DNA from: an uncultured Gemmatimonadales bacterium
Lineage (GTDB): Bacteria; Gemmatimonadota; Gemmatimonadetes; Gemmatimonadales; GWC2-71-9
Reading direction: 5' to 3'
Assembly (NCBI GenBank): GCA_963828735.1
Contig: CAWHFW010000001.1
Span: 1 to 64,000 of the forward strand
Length of the DNA stretch: 64,000 bases
Below, piece after piece: positions 61,155 through 64,000 of this stretch. The position numbers and the translations under genes are program-made. Within the stretch, counting starts at the first letter, position 1, and every line of letters starts with the position of its first letter. The notes under the pieces were generated by a model, which was given only the letters and a program-made list of their open reading frames with translations, had not been told where the DNA came from and did no database searches.

Positions 61155-62461
61155 TGGGCTATCCGCATCCGAGCCACCCGAAGGAGACGGTCGTCCTGTC
61201 CCGGTATTTCGGCGACGCGGGCGCGCGGACCCATGACGGTTGGGTGCAGCGCGGCGGCTACGAGGCGCTGCGGAAGGCGCTCGGCATGACGCGCGAGGCC
61301 GTGGTCGAGGAGGTGAAGGCCTCCGGCCTCCGCGGTCGCGGCGGGGCGGGGTTCCCGACCGGCCTCAAGTGGTCGTTCATGCCCAAGGAGGTCACGCGGC
61401 CGCATTTTCTCGTCTGCAACGCGGACGAGTCGGAGCCCGGCACCTTCAAAGACCGCGAGATCATGCGGTGGACGCCGCACGCGCTCATCGAGGGATGCGC
61501 CATCGCGGCATACGCCATCGGCGCGCAGCGCTGCTACATCTACATCCGGGGCGAGTTCACCGAGCCGTGGAAGATCATGTCGGCGGCGGTGGCGGAGGCG
61601 TACGCCAAGGGCACGCTCGGCGCGAACGCGATGGGGAGCGGCACGCGCATCGACATGGTCCTGCACCGCGGCGCGGGCGCGTACATCTGCGGCGAAGAGA
61701 CCGCGATGATGAACTCGCTCGAGGGGAAGCGCGGCAACCCCCGGATCAAGCCCCCGTTCCCCGCCGTGGCCGGCGTGTTCGGCATGCCGACCACGATCAA
61801 CAACGTCGAGACGCTGGTCGCCGTGCCGCACATCATCACCCGCGGCGCCGCGTGGTACAAGGCGCTCTGCCTCGGCAACCCGAAGAGCACGGGGACCAAG
61901 CTGATCTCCATCTGCGGCCACATCCAGCGGCCCGGCAACTATGAAGTCACGATGGGGACGCCGCTCAAGGAGATCCTGTACGACATGGCCGGCGGCCCCA
62001 GGCCGGGCCGCACCTTCAAGGCGATCATCCCGGGCGGCAGCTCGGTGCCCATCATGACGCGGGAGGAGGCGGAGGCGGCCCTTTTCGACTACGAGGGCAT
62101 CGTCGAGAAGGGATCCATGCTGGGCTCGGCGGGCCTGATCGTCATGGACGACACGACGGACATGGTCTACCAGATCTGGCGCCTGGCCCGGTTCTATGCC
62201 CACGAGAGCTGCGCGCAGTGCACCCAGTGCCGCGAGGGCACGGCCTGGACCACCAAGATCCTGGAGCGCATCCTGGCCGGGAAGGGCAAGCAGGACGATT
62301 TCCAGCTGCTGCTCGACCTCTCGGAGAACATGACGGGGAAGACCATCTGTGTGCTGAGCGACTCGTGCGCTGCGCCGGTGGTGAGCGGGATCCAGAAGTT
62401 CCGCGGTGAATTCGACGCCTACATCGCCGGCGCGCGCGAGCCCGCGATGGCGGCGGTGTGA
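61154..62461 (+). CDS. nuoF: NADH-quinone oxidoreductase subunit F
   Basis: GLRGRGGAGFPTG.KW, NADESEPGT, GAGAYICGEE, HESCAQCTQCREG. Confidence 0.96.
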   Translation: MGYPHPSHPKETVVLSRYFGDAGARTHDGWVQRGGYEALRKALGMTREAVVEEVKASGLRGRGGAGFPTGLKWSFMPKEVTRPHFLVCNADESEPGTFKDREIMRWTPHALIEGCAIAAYAIGAQRCYIYIRGEFTEPWKIMSAAVAEAYAKGTLGANAMGSGTRIDMVLHRGAGAYICGEETAMMNSLEGKRGNPRIKPPFPAVAGVFGMPTTINNVETLVAVPHIITRGAAWYKALCLGNPKSTGTKLISICGHIQRPGNYEVTMGTPLKEILYDMAGGPRPGRTFKAIIPGGSSVPIMTREEAEAALFDYEGIVEKGSMLGSAGLIVMDDTTDMVYQIWRLARFYAHESCAQCTQCREGTAWTTKILERILAGKGKQDDFQLLLDLSENMTGKTICVLSDSCAAPVVSGIQKFRGEFDAYIAGAREPAMAAV

Positions 62462-62501
62462 GCGGCGGCATGGTTCACCGCCCAGCCAACCGGGAAGACG
62501 A

Positions 62502-64000
62502 ATGGCCGACGAACTGGTCAACGTAACGATCGAGGGGATGGCGCTCAGCGTCCCCAAGGGCACGACGATCATCGAGGCCGCCAAGCAGGCCGGCGTCCTC
62601 GTGCCCCATTATTGCTACCATCCGTCGCTGCCGAGTCCGGCGGTCTGCCGCATGTGCCTCGTCGAGGTCGAGAAGGCGCCCAAGCTGATGCCGGCGTGCG
62701 TCACCACGGTGGCCGAGGGACAGGTGGTGCACGTCAACAGCGGCACCGCCAAGAAGGCGCGCGAGAGCGTCCTCGAGTTCCTGCTCATCAACCACCCGCT
62801 CGACTGCCCGATCTGCGATCAGGCCGGCGAGTGCGAGCTGCAGGACTACGTGTTTCAGGAAGGCCGCGCGGGGACGCGCTACAAGGAATACGCCAAGCGC
62901 TACAATCCGGTCGAGGATTTCGGGGAGGACATCCTCTACGTCCCCAACCGCTGCATTCTGTGCACCCGCTGCGTCCGGTTCATGGACGACGTCGCGGACG
63001 CGCCGATCCTCAACGTGAGCGAGCGCGGCGACCGGGCCTACATCGGCATCAGCGAGGAGCAGCGGCTCGATCACCCCTGGGCCGGCAACGTGGTGGACCT
63101 CTGCCCGGTGGGATCGCTCCTCTCCAAGGACTTCCTGCACAAAGCCCGCGCCTGGGACCTCGACAAGACGGCGAGCGTCTGCCCCGGCTGCTCGCAGGGC
63201 TGCAACATCAACATCGATACCCGTGACGACGTGGTCGTCCGGATCCGGCCGCGGCCGAATCTCGACGTCAACCGGCACTTCATCTGCGACTACGGGCGGA
63301 TGAACTACCGCTGGATGAACCGGGGCGACCGGATCGAGGCCCCGCTGGTTCGCGACGCGGGCCGCCACGTGGCGACCGACTGGGACACCGCTCTCGCCCG
63401 GCTGGAGCAGGTGCTCCGCGGCGCGTCCGGGTCGGCCGTGATCCTCGCCTCGGGACGGGCGTCCACCGAGTCTCTCGGCCTCGTGCGCCGCCTGGTGGAG
63501 CGGTTCGACGTGAGCGCCGCCGTCCAGGTGCCGCTCGGCGCCGAGGCGCCGCTCGCGCGGATTCCCAACCTCGCGCTTCGGCGGGAGCGGACGCCCAACG
63601 CGACCGGGGCCGAGCTCCTGGGCTACTCCGCGCGGTGGGATGCGGCGGTACGCCAGGCGGCCTCCGCCGCGGTGGTGATCGTGCTCGACGCCGACCTCAG
63701 CGAGGCCGAGGAAGCGGCGCTCGCCGCCGCGCCCGGCGTGGTCGTCGTCCTCGGCACCGTGTTCGCCGAGGGGCTCCGGAACGCCGAGCTGGTCCTGCCG
63801 GTCACCACGATGGCCGAGGAGAACGGCACCTACGTGAACCGCGATCGGCGGGTCCAGCGGTATCAGCAGGCGAAGAGCCAGCCCGGGATGGCGCGGCCGG
63901 CCTGGTGGGTCGCCGGCGAGGTCCTCGCAGGCCCGGGGCCGAGCGCCGACGCGCCCTCGACCGCGGCGGAAGCCTTCCTCCTCCTCGGCGAGCGGTGGCC
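62502..64000 (+). CDS. nuoG: NADH-quinone oxidoreductase subunit G (3' end outside the window)
   Basis: Read directly from ATG 62502: CYHPSL..CRMCLVE, HPLDCPICDQAGECELQD, CILCTRC, and CPGCSQGC (N7-type cluster). No stop before 64000. Confidence 0.93.
   Translation, partial: MADELVNVTIEGMALSVPKGTTIIEAAKQAGVLVPHYCYHPSLPSPAVCRMCLVEVEKAPKLMPACVTTVAEGQVVHVNSGTAKKARESVLEFLLINHPLDCPICDQAGECELQDYVFQEGRAGTRYKEYAKRYNPVEDFGEDILYVPNRCILCTRCVRFMDDVADAPILNVSERGDRAYIGISEEQRLDHPWAGNVVDLCPVGSLLSKDFLHKARAWDLDKTASVCPGCSQGCNINIDTRDDVVVRIRPRPNLDVNRHFICDYGRMNYRWMNRGDRIEAPLVRDAGRHVATDWDTALARLEQVLRGASGSAVILASGRASTESLGLVRRLVERFDVSAAVQVPLGAEAPLARIPNLALRRERTPNATGAELLGYSARWDAAVRQAASAAVVIVLDADLSEAEEAALAAAPGVVVVLGTVFAEGLRNAELVLPVTTMAEENGTYVNRDRRVQRYQQAKSQPGMARPAWWVAGEVLAGPGPSADAPSTAAEAFLLLGERW

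Overview
High-GC bacterial chromosome segment. Gene order and paralog types suggest Gemmatimonadota, which is an inference and was not searched. Layout: (1) 36-7738, a minus-strand cell-surface glycan-modification operon with two FAD oxidoreductases, a methyltransferase-like protein, an NAD epimerase, a deacetylase and a deacetylase-GT2 fusion. (2) 8-12.7 kb, accessory genes: two metallophosphoesterases, a membrane protein, an FMN reductase and wecB. (3) 13-29.3 kb, a core cluster: pepA, TonB-plug OMP, yicC, gmk, rpoZ, coaBC, udg, dnaB, radA, ispD, tsaC, LMW phosphatase, aroE, comF, gap, pgk, tpiA. (4) About 10.6 kb between tpiA and secG: Ser/Thr kinase-TPR, argE, hutF, fpg/nei, MFS, pgm, PP2C. 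(5) secG, carA, HU, moaDEA, trmL, mdh, sdhCAB, then an uncharacterised His/Met-rich beta-barrel plus a His-bladed LVIVD lipoprotein. (6) Two M1 peptidases flanking a CHAD-CYTH gene, then dcd. (7) nuoA-G, with nuoG running off the end, behind a Rex/CRP-like operator. I saw no CRISPR array, tRNA/rRNA, transposase, prophage or defence system. Eight apparent +1 indels split seven genes and look like sequencing errors. The window is mostly housekeeping. The best candidates for something undescribed are the barrel+propeller pair after sdhB, the argE-hutF pair, and several non-canonical translation starts (CTG, ATC, leaderless). All of these are hypotheses.
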